In this document: positions 1 through 12,993 of the stretch, one piece after another
Position numbering within the stretch: position 1 is the first letter of the stretch
Layout of the letters: each line of letters starts with the position of its first letter
The notes under the pieces: generated by a model
Database searches by the model: none
The model's input: the letters and a program-made list of their open reading frames with translations, nothing else
Told to the model about the DNA's origin: nothing
Assembly (NCBI GenBank): GCA_004431415.1
Contig: QPMI01000017.1
Coordinates: 682,001 to 746,000 of the forward strand
Reading direction: 5' to 3'
Length of the DNA stretch: 64,000 nt
Source of the DNA: Cyanophora paradoxa CCMP329
Lineage: Eukaryota > Plantae > Glaucophyta
Translations under genes and position numbers: made by a program

Positions 1-3000
1 TTACATAAAGGATGAGCCGGAGGCAGATGAGGAGGAGGGAGTCAACGGAGACGAGATGCAGATGCCCACAGCTGCGTCAAAGGGCTCAACTCGCACTCGG
101 GCGTGCAAGGCACAGAAGAAGGCGCCGACAAACGAATCGACGTCCGATGAGGAAGACGAGGATCCGGAGGAGGATGATGATGATGACGACGAAGACGAGG
201 AGTACACGGAAGGATCCGGAGGGGAGGAGGAAGAGGAGGAAGAGGAGTGCGAGGAGGAAGAGGAGGAGGAACAGGAGGGCGGGGAGGGTCCCGACGATGA
301 GGCCGAGGAGGGCGAGGAGGAGCTCGAGGGCGAGGCCGCGCCCTCGGAGCCGCGGAGGGCAGGCGGAGCAGGCTTCCTGCGAAGTGTGTATCGCTCGCTA
401 AATGGGAAAAAGTTCTTTGGCAAATTCACCTGGCATCGGACACACGCGCGTTATTATTTTGCTCCATTTTTAGCTTGAACTGACTTCAGTCTCTAGATTC
501 ATGCGGGAACCGCATCTACCCGGGAGGTGAGCTGCCCATTTAATTCATATATAGCCCCTTCCAGCCACCTCTGCTCATGATCGTTTCAACGCGTAGGAAG
601 CAGCCCGCATCCGCGACCGCCTCATCGTAGCCTGCCAGGAGCTCGACCTGTTCGAGGACGCTCCGACACACAACGACATTCCTGATGATGTGTTGTCGTA
701 CCCGCGCTCAGGTTCTCCCCCGCTTACAATTTTAACTGAAGTGGCTAGCTCTAGATCTAGATCTGGTACTGAACTGGGCTGCAGAGTACGAAAACGAGCT
801 GTTCGTTGCGGCGATTCGGCGTGGAGAGCTGCAGCTGCCATCGGCTGTTTCGAAGGCTCCTCGGGACTTTATTGCCGATATTCAGGCCGTCCGCGCGTTC
901 CTCGCCGGCTTCGGAGCCTGGACCTCGACTCGGCGTGCGCAGAAGCGGAAAGGACAATCTAACGCGACGCATACGGTGGCAGGCGAGCAGGAGAACAGAT
1001 TGGGAAAGAAGGGGGAGGCCAAGAGGCGGGCAGAAGATTTAGAGGCATCCTCGAAGTTGGCCATTAATTCCTCCCCGGTCAGGCCTCGGGCGAGGCCGCT
1101 GCAGAAGAAGTTGCCATTAATTCCGACCCGGGCCCAGCGGCCTCGAGGGTCGACGGCAGTCTCTTTGAAACGCGTGTATCCCAACAAAAGCAAGTTTGCG
1201 GCCAAGTTTAAATGGCAGAAGAAGGAGGTGCGTTCCACTTCAGACTTGCTTTGCTCCCACCTTCCACTGCGAATCGATTTCAATTCAGATTTGGACACCT
1301 ACTGCACCTACCCGGGAGGTGTGCTCTGGCCAGTTTTCCCGGACCGGGCCATCCTGCTAATTGAGCTGCTTAGGAAGCGGCCCGCATCCGCGACCGCTTC
1401 ATCGTCGCCTGCCAGGAACTCGATCTCCTGAGTGGCGTCCCATCGAAAGATCGCATCCCTGACAAAAGACTCTCATTCCCGCGCTCCGGTTTTTCCCTGC
1501 TGCTCGAATTTATTGGCGCACGTAAAGAAACGGCTTTCATTGCTAATTATAACACCGGTCGCAGAGTACGAGGGCGAGCTGTTCTTTGCGGCCATTCGGC
1601 GGGGAGAGCTCAAGCTGCCAACTGCTTCTTCCGGAGGTCCTCGAGACGTGCGAGCCGATGTCTGGGCCGTCCGCTCGTTCCTCGAAAAGTTCGAAGTGGC
1701 TCGGCCGTGCTCGAGCGATGGTCAGCCGCAGAAACATATTGCAATTGACTGGAACGAGTAATATTTATGCCAATACGTTATAATTAATATAACAATTCGA
1801 TCACAGAGCACGACACCGCGGAGGGGATGGAGAAGGCTGTCGATGGTGAAGCAGATGCAGCACAATATGCATCCTCGAAACAGAAGTCGAAGGTATTTCC
1901 AATCCTGCGCCCGCGACAGGCACTCGGAAGCTCTTAATAAGGGCTTGCTCGTTGCAGAACAAGATGATCATGACTTCGGTCGGGGAGGCACAAAAGGCAG
2001 CGAAAGGCACAATGCAGGGCGTGAGCTCTGAAGGATCGAAATTTAAAGGATTATTTTCCTGGCAACGGACACAGGCGCGCCTTATATTACCTGTTCTCTC
2101 ACTGGGTCTTGATTTCCAGCCCTTAGATCCGTACACCGAATGCATCCACCCGCGAGGTGACCTGACCATTCAGTCAATTTCAGTTCACAATCAACCTGCT
2201 CACTCCGTCGCTGCAGGAAGCGGCCCGCATCCGCGATCGCTGCATCGTCGCGTGTCAGGAACTCGACCTGTTGGCGGGCGTCCCGCGTAAGGCTCGCATC
2301 TCTGACGACCGGTTGTCGTACCCGCGCTCCGGTTCTTTCCCGTTTGCTTCCAGCAGCAGCTTTCGTCAGAGCTTTTTGACCCATCGCAGAGTACAAGAAC
2401 GAGCCTTTCGTTGCGGCGATCCGACGCGGGGAGCTGCAGCTGCCGAATGCTGCCTCCAAGGCTCGCGATCGGGATGCTCGCGGCGATTTTCGAGTCGTCC
2501 GCGCGTTCCTTGCGAGCCTTGGAGCCATTCGCCCAGAGCCAAAAAAGTCCCATTCAACAGTGGTAGGTGCAGAAAGAGCCAGCGCCAGCATGGACGATGG
2601 CAAGCTTAAGGTCAAGGTGGAAAAGAAGGATCCGGAAGATCTACAACAGGCAGCTCCAGGCCTAGGTGCAGGACACGACGCATCTTCGAAACAAAAGGTG
2701 ACACTAGCTTGCAGCTGGTACCCGCAACAGATCTAGATTTGAAGGCTGACACCGGGAGATGTGCAACACAGAGGAAGGCATCGCCTGCCACACAGACCGA
2801 GGCATCACCTATAGCAAGCCGGCTGCAGCTGCGGATGCCGCCGAGGGTGATTGAAGGAACCGGTTCGATGCGGGGGGTGTACTCTATAGGATCCAAGTTC
2901 ACGGGCGGTTTTACATGGCGTCGGAAGCAGGTGCGTGTCAATCTCCGTCAACCATTCCCTGCAGCTGGTCGTGGAGAGCTGATTTCAGTTTTCAGGTTCA

Positions 3001-6000
3001 TTCGGGAACCGCATCTACCCGGGAGGTGAGCGCTAGCTGCCCATCTAATTTATAAATATATAATTAGTCCCTGCCATCCAGCTTTGCTTACGATCACGTG
3101 CACTTTACTGTGTAGGAAGCAGCCCGCATCCGCGACCGCCTCATCGTAGCCTGCCAGGAGCTCGACCTGTTCGAGGACGCTCCGACACACAACGACATCC
3201 CTGATGATGTGTTGTCGTACCCGCGCTCAGGTTCTCCCCCGCTTACACTTTCAACTGAAGTGGCTAGCTCTTGATCTAGATCTGGTACTGAACTGGGCTG
3301 CAGATTACGAAAACGAGCCTTTCGTCGCGGCGATTCGGCGCGGAGAGCTGCAGCTGCCATTGTCTGATTCGAAGGCTCCTCGGAACATTATCACCGATAT
3401 TCAGGCCGTTTGCGCGTTCCTTGCCGGCTTTGGACTGGCGCCACAGAATCCCAGAAGGTGGATGAAAATCTCTGGTGCACCGGTGGAAGGCGCGCCAGAG
3501 CGCAGCCTGCACCTGGGAGAGGAGAACAGCTTGCTGCCAATCCAGCGTGAGCGGCCGGAAGACGCTTCAACGTTGCGGGGTGTACATCGTGCACACTCGA
3601 AATTTGCAGGTAGCCTCTCTTGGAATCGGAAGCAGGTGCGCATATGCATTCAATGTCCTTCCTTTCTTTGCCGAGCCTTGAATGCACGTAGCTCGCTACC
3701 CCGGCTGTAACTACCCCGGAAGTGCGCGGCTTGAATAATTTGGCTCTCTTGATCATGAATTCCAGCACAGCGCTAGCTTCAGTCCGCTCATGATCACTCC
3801 GTCGCTGCAGGAAGCGGCCCGCATCCGCGATCGCTGCATCGTCGCGTGCCAGGAACTCGACCTCTTGGCGGGCATCCCAACAAAGACTCGCATCTCTGAC
3901 GACGCGTTGTCGTACCCGCGCTCAGGTTCTTTCCCGTTCGCACCTCCAGCTGCAGCCGCTGCTTTCTTTAATCCTGCTGCTTCTGATCGTGAACCCGCTG
4001 CAGATTATGAGAGCGAACCCTTCGTTGCAGCGATTCGGCGCGGGGAGCTGCAGCTGCCGTCTGCTGCGCATGCGTCCGCAGCTGCTCGAGAGGTCCTCCA
4101 CGACTTCCGGGCCGTCCGTATGTTCCTCGCGAGCTTCGGAGTCATTCCTCCAGACTGTGATCGGGCGGCTCAGCCGGACGCGGAAAGCGGTCAGCGATTT
4201 GTTAACCGAGATGAGCAACGCAGAGGTTGCAATTGATACAATGCGACCGCAGAGATTGCCATCAAGAACGAGCTCGAGTCGGGGGGAGAAGAGGAGGAGG
4301 AGGCTAGACAAGACGTCATAGAAAATCCGGAGTCGACGTCAGAAGAGGATGAAGAGGAAGACGACTCAGAATCAGCATCAGAAGGCAGTGAAGAGAAAGA
4401 AGAGGAGGAGGAGGCTCCATCCTCGAAACACAAGGTGATGCAGATTTGGCGCTCGCTTTAGCGCGGGCCGGGGCGAATAATTGAAGGGCGCACATGTACA
4501 CGGGGCCCCCAGCTGCAGGCCACGAGTTGAGTTTGAATTTTAACAGGCGCAGGCGCACCCGCGGGAGTCTGGATCCGTAGTCCCTCTTCGGGGCATCAAG
4601 CGGCAAAATGGGAACAGATTCAGAGGAGTATTCCGTTGGCATCGGAAGACGGTGTGCCACTACAATATTACCCTGTGCATACGTAATATTAGGACCTTCA
4701 ATTTAATTTAATGAGTGAAAATCGCAGATGCATCCCCCGTCCGCACGTACCTCGGAGGCAGGCCAACTTCTTGTCTGCAGGGGTTCAATCTAGCTAATTA
4801 GCAAATGCAGGAGGCTGCGCGCATTCGCGACCGATGCATCGTAGCCTGCCAAGAGCTCGATCTTTTGAATGGCACCGCCGAGAACGAGCGCATCCTCAAC
4901 TTCACATTGTCCTACCCCCGCTTCGGTCGGCCTCTGCTCGATATTTGCTTCGTTGAACTGTGGCACTCAGCTCGCTCCCCGCTTCAGAGTACGAAGGCGA
5001 GCCGTTCATCGCAGCCATTCGGCGCGGCGAGCTGCTGCTTCCAGCGGTGGAGCCCGGAGCTTCTCGGGACAGCCGTGAAGACTTCGACGTCGTCTGCGCT
5101 TTCCTCGCCAAGTATCGGGGCGTCCAGCTGGATGCGAAACAATTTCTCCGAGGCGTCCAGCAAAGAGGGCGCAGGTTCAACGGCCTATTCACCTGGCATC
5201 GCAAGCAGGCGCGTCCCAGATCTAGACCCGCTCATCATGATTTTTTCGTTCTAATTGTGAGGCTGCCACGATCTCTATCCTACAGCACAAGACGCCACCT
5301 TCGTCCACCAAAAAGGCAGGCCCCAATTGCAAACTATTTGTCCTATCTTGCAATTGAGCTGATTGTTGTTTGGTTATGCTGCGCCCGCAGGAGGCGGCAT
5401 GCCATCGCGACCGCTGCATCGTGGCTTGTCAGGAGCTCGATCTGATGCAGGGCGTTCGGACAAGAGATCGCCTCCCCGACGACATGTTGAACTACCCGCG
5501 CTCCGGTCGGCCCTCGCCCTCCGGATATCGATCCCAATTGTCCTCTACATCTCCATGACCAGCTCGCTCTCCGCTTCAGAGTACGAAGGCGAGCTATTCG
5601 TTGCGGCCATTCGGCGCGGCGAGCTGCAGCTTCCAGCGGTGGAGCCTGAATCCGGAGCTTCTCGCAACGCCCGCGACGACTTTCGCGCCGTCCGCGCTTT
5701 CATCGCAAGCTTGGGGGGCTTCGAGGAGGACGCTCAGAGACAAAAGAGCGCCGCCCGCGACACGGCAGCCGCGGGAGCTGCCGATGCGGATGCCGATGCC
5801 GGCGCCGAAAGCGCGGAAGACGAGCTTGAGGCCTCGACCAAGACGTCGACGCGGAAAAAGCAGAAGAAGCAGGAGGCCGCAGCTAGCGCTGCAAAGACGA
5901 GTGACAGTAAGTCGACGTCGTCAAAGCTGACGCGACACGTGCACGACGCCACGGCTTCCTTTGCGTGGCGCGGAGGGCGCTTCACTGCTAGCGGGTTCAA

Positions 6001-7640
6001 AAGCAACGAGGTGCTTCTCTTTCCAATTTCTTTCCAACCTTGCACGACGCACTGCAGGTGTCTGACGGCGCGGACTTCGTTGCGCGCAGGAGGCGGCTCG
6101 CTTCAGGGACCGCTGCATCCTCGCGGCCCAGTGGCTGGACAAGCGCGACAAGCGGCGGGACGGGCCGAGCGAGGGCGACTTGAGCTTCGGGCGCGACGCG
6201 TACAAGAAGGACCCGCTCTTTGGGGCCCTCGAGCGCGGCGCCCTCGACGCCGTCGACGCCTCGCACACGGTGCGCGGCTGCGCGTGCGTGCGCGTGCGCA
6301 CGACGTAATTCGAACCGCGCCACTCCGTTCTAAGCGACGAGGCAGCGGGCTCTGTTTCGAGCGGTGCGGGATCTCGTGCGCGACACGCCCATGGAGGAGG
6401 AACCAGCCGCGGAAGCGGACGAGGCAACAAGCAAAGGTGACGAGGTGGAACAGGAATCGGAGCAGGAGAGCAAGGAGGAAGAGTCGGAAGGCGATGAGAC
6501 GGCGGAAGAGCAGCGGGGCTCGTCTGCGGGCGTCCAATTGCGAAAGCGAAGGAAGAGCGCTGGCAAGGACGACAAAGCCTGTCTGGGAAAAATGGCCAAG
6601 CGGCCGCGGACAGGGACTAAGTTCCTCGATCGGCAGGAATGCGCAGGTGTGCTAGCTCGCTCGTTCATCGGCCTCCTTAGAGGATTCATGATCAATGCTA
6701 AGTTTTATAATCTTTCGCGCAGATTTCATCAGCACTCGTTGGCGAGAGCTCGTAACCCCCCCGGCAAGACTTCTGCTCTTTAATTTCGCTTTAGATTTTT
6801 CGCTTCCGAAGTTCTCTGTAACTTACTTCTCCGAATTCTTCGCAGCTGGATCTTCAGTTCTCCAGAAAACTGTGGGCGAGCGTGCGGCTGCTCGGAGTGC
6901 GGAAATCTGGCAGATCGATATCGAGGGTTGTTTCGCCCCTCACAGCTCCGCAGAAGCTGCGATCGCGCGTCGCCCCCGAGGTGTACGAGGTCGCGCCCGG
7001 CCGCCATGTAGCGGCCTTCTATCTCGAAGCCGAGAAGGTGTGCTCGCTGTTCTATGTTTCTTCGAAGTCTAGATCTTTGACTGCTCAACGTTAACGTGCG
7101 CGTGCCTTGCAATTGGAAGGTGCTGTCCCCGCTCCTCCCGTCCGTCGATGACGCTCAACGCTTCCGCGACCGCTGTTACATCGCGTGGTGCGGACGATGA
7201 GCGGGCCACTCGTACATCGGTAGGCTTCTTTCGAGCTCACCGCGCGCTCTCTGGCGCAGGTTCGGCCCGAAGGGCCCGGGCAGCGAGAGCGAGCCGCTCA
7301 ACTTCCCCCTCGCGGGTGCGCCGTGTCACGCCTCCAACCCACCATGCATATGCCATGTACAGAGCACTCGTTACAGAGTACAAGAAAGAGGCCGTGTACA
7401 AGGAGCTGTTTGGGGGACCGAAGGCCGGGCGGCCCACGGTTGGAGAGAACGACCCCAAGTGCGCTCGACCTGCTTTGATTATATATAATTAGAATATCTA
7501 TAATTTGGTTCAAGGCTCCTGATCATGACAGCGTAAATTAAATATAACGCGTACGTTCCGCGCAGCTGGGAGGACGACGTTGCCCTCGCCGTCGCCCGCA
7601 CCCTCGAGTACATTGCCGTCAAGACGGGGGCGCTCGAGGC
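1..7640 (+). CDS. Multi-exon gene (5' end outside the window) encoding about 9 tandem divergent AP2/ERF-like DNA-binding repeats separated by acidic linkers
   Basis: Repeated spliced unit: RGV...KFxGxFxWxRKQ | 30-nt microexon (e.g. 497-526 IHAGTASTRE) | EAARIRDRxIVACQELDL...L(S/N)YPRS | EYExExFVAAIRRGELQLP. Units begin near 377, 1165, 2012, 2868, 3573, 4587, 5146 and 5935, with a ninth at about 6970-7400 (DDAQRFRDR...LNFPLA|EYKKE). This fits the AP2 consensus YRGV...W...T.EEAARAYD...LNFP. Confidence 0.6.
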
Positions 7641-7736
7641 GCGTGGGGGTCGTCACGCGTTCTAGATCTGTCTAGTTTGTTACACTCGATCGTTGAAATT
7701 CCGAGGCCGCAGGCGTGCTCCGGGTCAAATTCGAAC

Positions 7737-8821
7737 ATGTCACCGGCTCCAGCGCCCAAGCGTCGCCGAACACGATCCGGAGGCGGCGAGAGCGAGGATG
7801 GCGGGCGGGAGGCCCGCGAGAAGGGCAAGCTCAAGGGGAAAGAGCCTGCGCACGCGTCTCTGCCGGCGGCGCCAATCGCAACGGCGCCCGCGCGGCGCGG
7901 ATGGAAGCGCCTTATTTCCGCCGGCGAGAGCGGTGAAGAGCAGGGCACAGCTGCGGCTGCACAGAATGGAGCGAGCTCGAGCTCGGCGAAACGACGTCGC
8001 CATCCGCCGCGGCAAGAGCGAGATCACGATCCCGAGGCGCTGGCGCTGGTGCACGTGCTCGACGGGCCCTCGAGCTCGCTGTTGGGGCAGCAAGCTCATG
8101 ATCAGGGAGCCCCTCCTCTGTCTCTGCCCGCGACCGCGGCCGGCGCCGGTGCGCTCCGCCGTGCCGCGCGCGCCGTGCGACTTGATCATGGCCATTAATC
8201 GTATTCATTCAACTACGGCTGCAGGACTGGCCGTTGTACCCCTCTTCGCCCCCGGCGTGCCGCCGCTCGATCCAGCGACGGTGCTGCAGTGGACGAGCGC
8301 TGCGGTGGCGGAGTGGCTGCGGCAGACGTGCTTCCTCCGGGAGGCTTCTCCAGAGTCCGCCACCCCCATGCCACCCGCGAGCGCGGCCCGGACGTCGCCT
8401 ACAAGCTTTAAGCCCCTCTGATGCTCCGGCCCGCGGCCGCAGGCTCCACTGCCTGCAGCGGCTGTCGCTCACGGGCCGGGTCCTGCTCATGCGCCCGGCT
8501 GCCTCGCTCCGCGAGCGCCTCTTCGCGAAGCAGCGCGAGCTGTACCCCGACGCCGACCGCAAGCTCCTCGACGCCCTCGAGGCGATCCTGGACACTCTCG
8601 ACGACGAGGCGCGCCCGGAGCCTCTAATTATATTATATATATAATTATATATAACGTTAACTGGTCTCTGATTGTCCGGTCTCTGCGCCTGAGCTTTACA
8701 TGGGCCCGGGCCGCTGCAGGTTGCAGTGCTGGTTACCGAAGCGATCGAGAAGTGCGAGGACGCCGCCGTCGCCTGCCAGATCCACAGGCTCTACGACATG
8801 CGCTTTAGGAGTGTGCATTGA
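7737..8821 (+). CDS. SAM-domain-like coding exons, possibly the 3' part of the AP2-repeat gene
   Basis: DPATVLQWTSAAVAEWLRQTCF...LQRLSLTGRVLLM resembles a SAM domain (W+..+V.EWL...G..LL). The last exon VAVLVTEA...RFRSVH* ends at TGA 8819-8821. Confidence 0.4.
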
Positions 8822-8897
8822 TCCACGTTCGGCTTTAGACCAGAGTTTGCGTCTAGATCTTCGAATTCGGATTTACTAGTACTGTACGTATATGTAC

Positions 8898-9358
8898 ACA
8901 TTCAATTGCAATCTATCCATCTTGAAGGCCTAGGAAAGCCGGGGGCGGGCGGGGAGGGGAAGGGGGGGGAGCAAGGGGGGGGGGAAGGGGAGGGGGGGGA
9001 AAGGGGGGAAGGGGAGGGGGGAAGGGGGGGTCCGTACCCAGCTTGTACTCCCCAAACACGCTTTCCCCTCCTCACTTACCCCCCCCCCCCCCCCTCCCCA
9101 TCGCCCCCGCTTCCCCCCAAAACGCGTACGCCCCGCCCCCGTTGCCCCTGTCACAGTGTTACTCTCTAGCTCTATATAGCTAGATCTCGATAAGCGGTGG
9201 CCGGTCCGTTTAATTGGTCGGACGGTCTGCTTTCTCGTTCGGATCGCTGATGCGCTAGCTGTCTATGTATCCATCTACGGCTCGATACCCATCTACTTCC
9301 GCGCGTATATGTATATATATACATTCAATTGCAATCTATCCATCTTGAAGGCCTAGGA
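8898..9358. repeat. 38-bp direct repeats flanking a G-rich tract followed by a C-rich tract
   Basis: ACATTCAATTGCAATCTATCCATCTTGAAGGCCTAGGA at 8898-8935 and 9321-9358. G runs lie at 8941-9030 and C runs at about 9060-9150. Confidence 0.8.
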
Positions 9359-9423
9359 CATCGATTCCGCGCACATCTTTTTCATCCACGCTGCGGCTGC
9401 GCCGGCGCCGGCTATAGCTAGCG

Positions 9424-10726
9424 CTAGGGGTCGAGGGGGTTCCCCGCGGCGAGGAACTGGAGGAGCTCGCCCAGGGTGCACCCGAGGCGCCGCCACGTCC
9501 GCACGGCGCGCCCGAGCCCGTCGAAGTAGAGGTCGGCCCCCCGCGAGGCGGCCCCCGCGGCGGCCTCGGCGGCGTACGCGCGGGCGGCGTCGGCCTCCGG
9601 CGCGTCGTGGGCGGGGAGGCGCGGGGCGAGCCGCAGGAGCGCCGCGAGGCCGACGAGCTCGCAGACGCCCTCCTCTTCCTCCCGCGAGAGCCCCGACAGG
9701 CCCAGGCGCCGCTGGTCCGCCACGAACCTGAGCGGGCCGGGGTTGGCGGGGAGGGGGGTGGGGGGTAAAGGAGCGAGCGAGCGAGCGCGGAGGGGGGGGT
9801 ACGTGTACCAGTGCGTGAGCTCGTGGGCGAGGACGCGGAGGGTGTCGGGGAGGGAGAGGCCGCGCCTGAGGGAGATCCCGAGGGCCTCGTGCGCGGCCAG
9901 GCCCATCCCCGCCGTCCTCCGGTGCCTGCCCGGCGTGAAAAGGTCAGAAGGGACCGGAAGAAGCTTAGAGACGAGCCCCCGCGCGCCTGAAGCAGCCGAC
10001 GAGGGAGCCGGGGGAGGGGCCGGGCCCGAGGCCGAGGCCCGGGCCGCCCTCGCGGTCGTCGTCGAGGAAGGAGAGCTTGAGGAGGGCGTCCTCGGCGAGC
10101 TCGCGCACGCTCCAGGGCGCCTCCAGCAGCCGCGCCGGGCAGTCGCTCCCGTCCCCGAGGCCCCCGAAGGCCCGCATCAGCTCCCGCAGCGCCACGCGCG
10201 CCTCCGCGAGCGTCTCCACGGCCAGCGCGCGCAGCGGGAAGGACTCGGGCGGGCTCCCCCCCTCGCTGGCCCACGGGCTCGGTGGCGCCAGGAGCGCCAG
10301 CGCGCGTGCCGAGAAGATGGACGCGCCGTGCGACGGCCCCGCCACGGGCGGCGGCTCTGGCGAGCTCGAGGCGTGCGCGTCGTCCCGCGCTGCGCGCTGC
10401 GGCGACGGTCTCGGCGCTGCATGAGCCGCTCCGCTAGCGCTGGGCCCGGGCGAAGGCGTTCCTCGCTCGCTGCCGCGGCTGTCGGCTGGCGTCGCCGTGC
10501 GGCCCGTCTTTCGGTTCCGCAGCTGCCGCGCGCGAGCGGCCTCGGCGCGCTGCGCGGCGCTGATCGCTGCCATGTCGGCCGGCTTCGCCCGCTCGTCCGG
10601 CGGCTCGTCGCCGCCTAGCCGCCTGCCTCCCCAGTTCCTGATCGTCCGGCGCACCGCGCTGACCGCCGCGTACGCGATGCCGAGGGCGGCGAGCGCCGCG
10701 GCCGCTGTCACCGGAGCTGGCGCCAT
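9424..10726 (-). CDS. DA1-like zinc metallopeptidase with an N-terminal membrane anchor (spliced)
   Basis: N-terminal hydrophobic ALAALGIAYAAVSAV. VLAHELTHW...LSREEEEGVCEL matches the DA1 peptidase motif (HExxH followed by EEGIC). Confidence 0.65.
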
Positions 10727-11032
10727 TCGCTTGGCGCTCGGAGGCGCGGCGGACAGAATTCGAAGAAGACTTTGTGCGCGCCCTCTCCGATTCCGGTATC
10801 CCCCCCTCGATCAGCCCAGCGCAGCCAGCGCGGGCCCGATCGCACGGCAGACGGCTTCTTAGCGCGCAGGGGCGCAAATCGGAACGTTTTAGCGTGCGAT
10901 CGGAAGCCCGCGTTTGGTGGCGCGGACCGCCGCGCCAATCCGGCGTAGCCTCGGAAGCGGCCGCCTAGCGTGTGCCCAGCCGAGGACATACTTGCAAGTT
11001 GCTTGCAGGGACCGCTGGGTTCGCGCCCGCGA

Positions 11033-12782
11033 ATGGCGGGATCATCGGGCGCCGAGGCGGAGCTCGAGGCACGGCGGGCGGAGCCGGCGGAGCTCGAGGC
11101 GAGGCGCGGCGGGCCGGCGGCGGTGACAGCCGCGAGCGATGCGGCGCCGGAGCCGGTGGATGCCGGGATGAAGCGCGTTCCGGCGGAGGGCGGGCCGGAG
11201 GACGACACCGAGGAGCTCGCCGACTGGTCCGACGCGGAGAAGGAGCGCCTGAAGGGCTCCGTCGACCCGCGGAGGACGCACGTCCTGCTCTCGCCGCTGG
11301 GACAGGGCCGCGCCGACGAGGAGAAGCCGATCGTCATTCTGATCTCCTGGAACAACGTGCGCGCCCGCGCTCGTCCCCGCGCCGCGCCGCGCCGCCGGCC
11401 GGCGAGCGGCGCCGCCGCGCGCGCAGGCGAGCTGGCCGTACGTGTCGAAGTACGCGGAGGTGTGGAACGCGCGGGGCGCCGACGTCATCGCGGTGCGCCC
11501 GCCCCGTAGCTTCGCCCCGCTTCGCTCAGCTTCGAGCGAGCGGGGCCGGCCGCGCAGTTCTGCCCGACGTACCGCGAGACGTACAGCGTGCGCGGCAACT
11601 CGCGCCTCGCGAAGAAGATGCTCTCCCTGTGCGCTCTTCCCCCGCCCCGCCCCGGCCCGCTCGCCTCTCCGCTCCGTCGGCCGACCGTCGGACGCCCGCT
11701 CAGCGCCGCCGCCCTCTGCGCTGGCAAGCGGTGCGCCTGCCCCTGCACGCCCCCGCGACGCCCCACCGCCGCCCTCCGCCGCCCTCGCGACGCTATGCGC
11801 CCCCCGGGCCCCTGCCAGGCGCCCGATCTTCTTCCACCTCTTCTCGGGCGGCTGCTACACCTTCTGGGCCATGATGGAGATGATCTCCAGGTGCCCCCGC
11901 ACCCTCCCAGCCGCGCCTTGGAAGGCTCTGCTGAGCGCCGCGGGGCGGGGCGGGGCGGGCGGGGCAGGGACTTCCGCTTCTTCCACTCGCAACCCGTCTT
12001 CGACGGCCTCGCCGAGTGCTGCGCCGGCGCCGTCTTCGACTCCACCCCCATCGACCCCGACCCCGCGGTACCCCGCCCCGAGGGGGGTACGCCCCCGTCC
12101 TCCTCCGACCCCGGGGCGCAGGTGGCGGCCTACGCGGTGGCGTCGCTGACGATCAGCTACAAGTCGCCCTTCATCAAGCTGGCCTCGCTGCCGATCGAGG
12201 GCGCGCTGCGGCTCTGGTGGCGCCTCTACATGCGGGCCGACATCCGCGTCGCCCAGCGCCTCTTCTGGGAGGAGCTACGCAAGCCCCCGGCGCGCCCGCC
12301 CAGGCCGCGATTCCGGCCTCGTCCTCGGCCTCTGACCCCTCCCTCCGCCCGCCCCCCCGCAGGTGGCGATGCCGCAGCTCTTCCTGTACAGCGAGGACGA
12401 CGCGGTTTCGGACTGGCGGGTCATCGCCGCGCACGCGGAGCACCTGCGGCGCTCGTACGCCGAGCCGATCTTCGAGCAGCGCTGGCGCTCCTCCCGCCAC
12501 GTCCAGGTGCACGCGCGCGCGCCCCCGCCGCCCCGCCCCCGCATAAACCCAGCCTAGCTAGCCTTCACTGCTCCTTGGGGCCTCGGGGGTCCCGCCCCTC
12601 CCCGCCCTCGAGCCCGGCGGCCCGCGCTCTCTCTGACCTTCCGCCCGGGGCGGCAGCACTTCCGGGCGCACCCGCGGGAGTACATCGAGGCCATGGACCG
12701 CTTCCTGTCGGCGGCGATGGCCCGCTGGAAGCAGCGCGCCCCGCACCGCGCCCCGGGGCCCCGCCTCCGCGCCCGCCTCTAG
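11033..12782 (+). CDS. TMEM53/DUF829-family alpha/beta hydrolase-like protein (spliced) ending in ARL, a PTS1-like signal
   Basis: Motifs PIVILISW, KYAEVW, PIFFHLFSGG, AVFDSTP, PQLFLYSEDD and SRHVQHFRAHPREY. Stop TAG at 12780-12782 follows ...LRARL. Confidence 0.75.
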
Positions 12783-12993
12783 CCCCCCGCCCCGCCCCCC
12801 GCTCCAAAAGCTTCATCAAGTCCGCATTCGAAGGACAGGAGGGCCCCTCTGCCCCCCCTCTGCTTAAGTTACTTGCCGGCGAGCCATGGATGTGCCTTCT
12901 ACACGCGTCGACCATAGGACAACTGTAAGGACAACTTCTACACGCGCATCCAAGGCCCCGCCTTGGATGGCCTTCAAGCCCGGCCTTGGCTAG

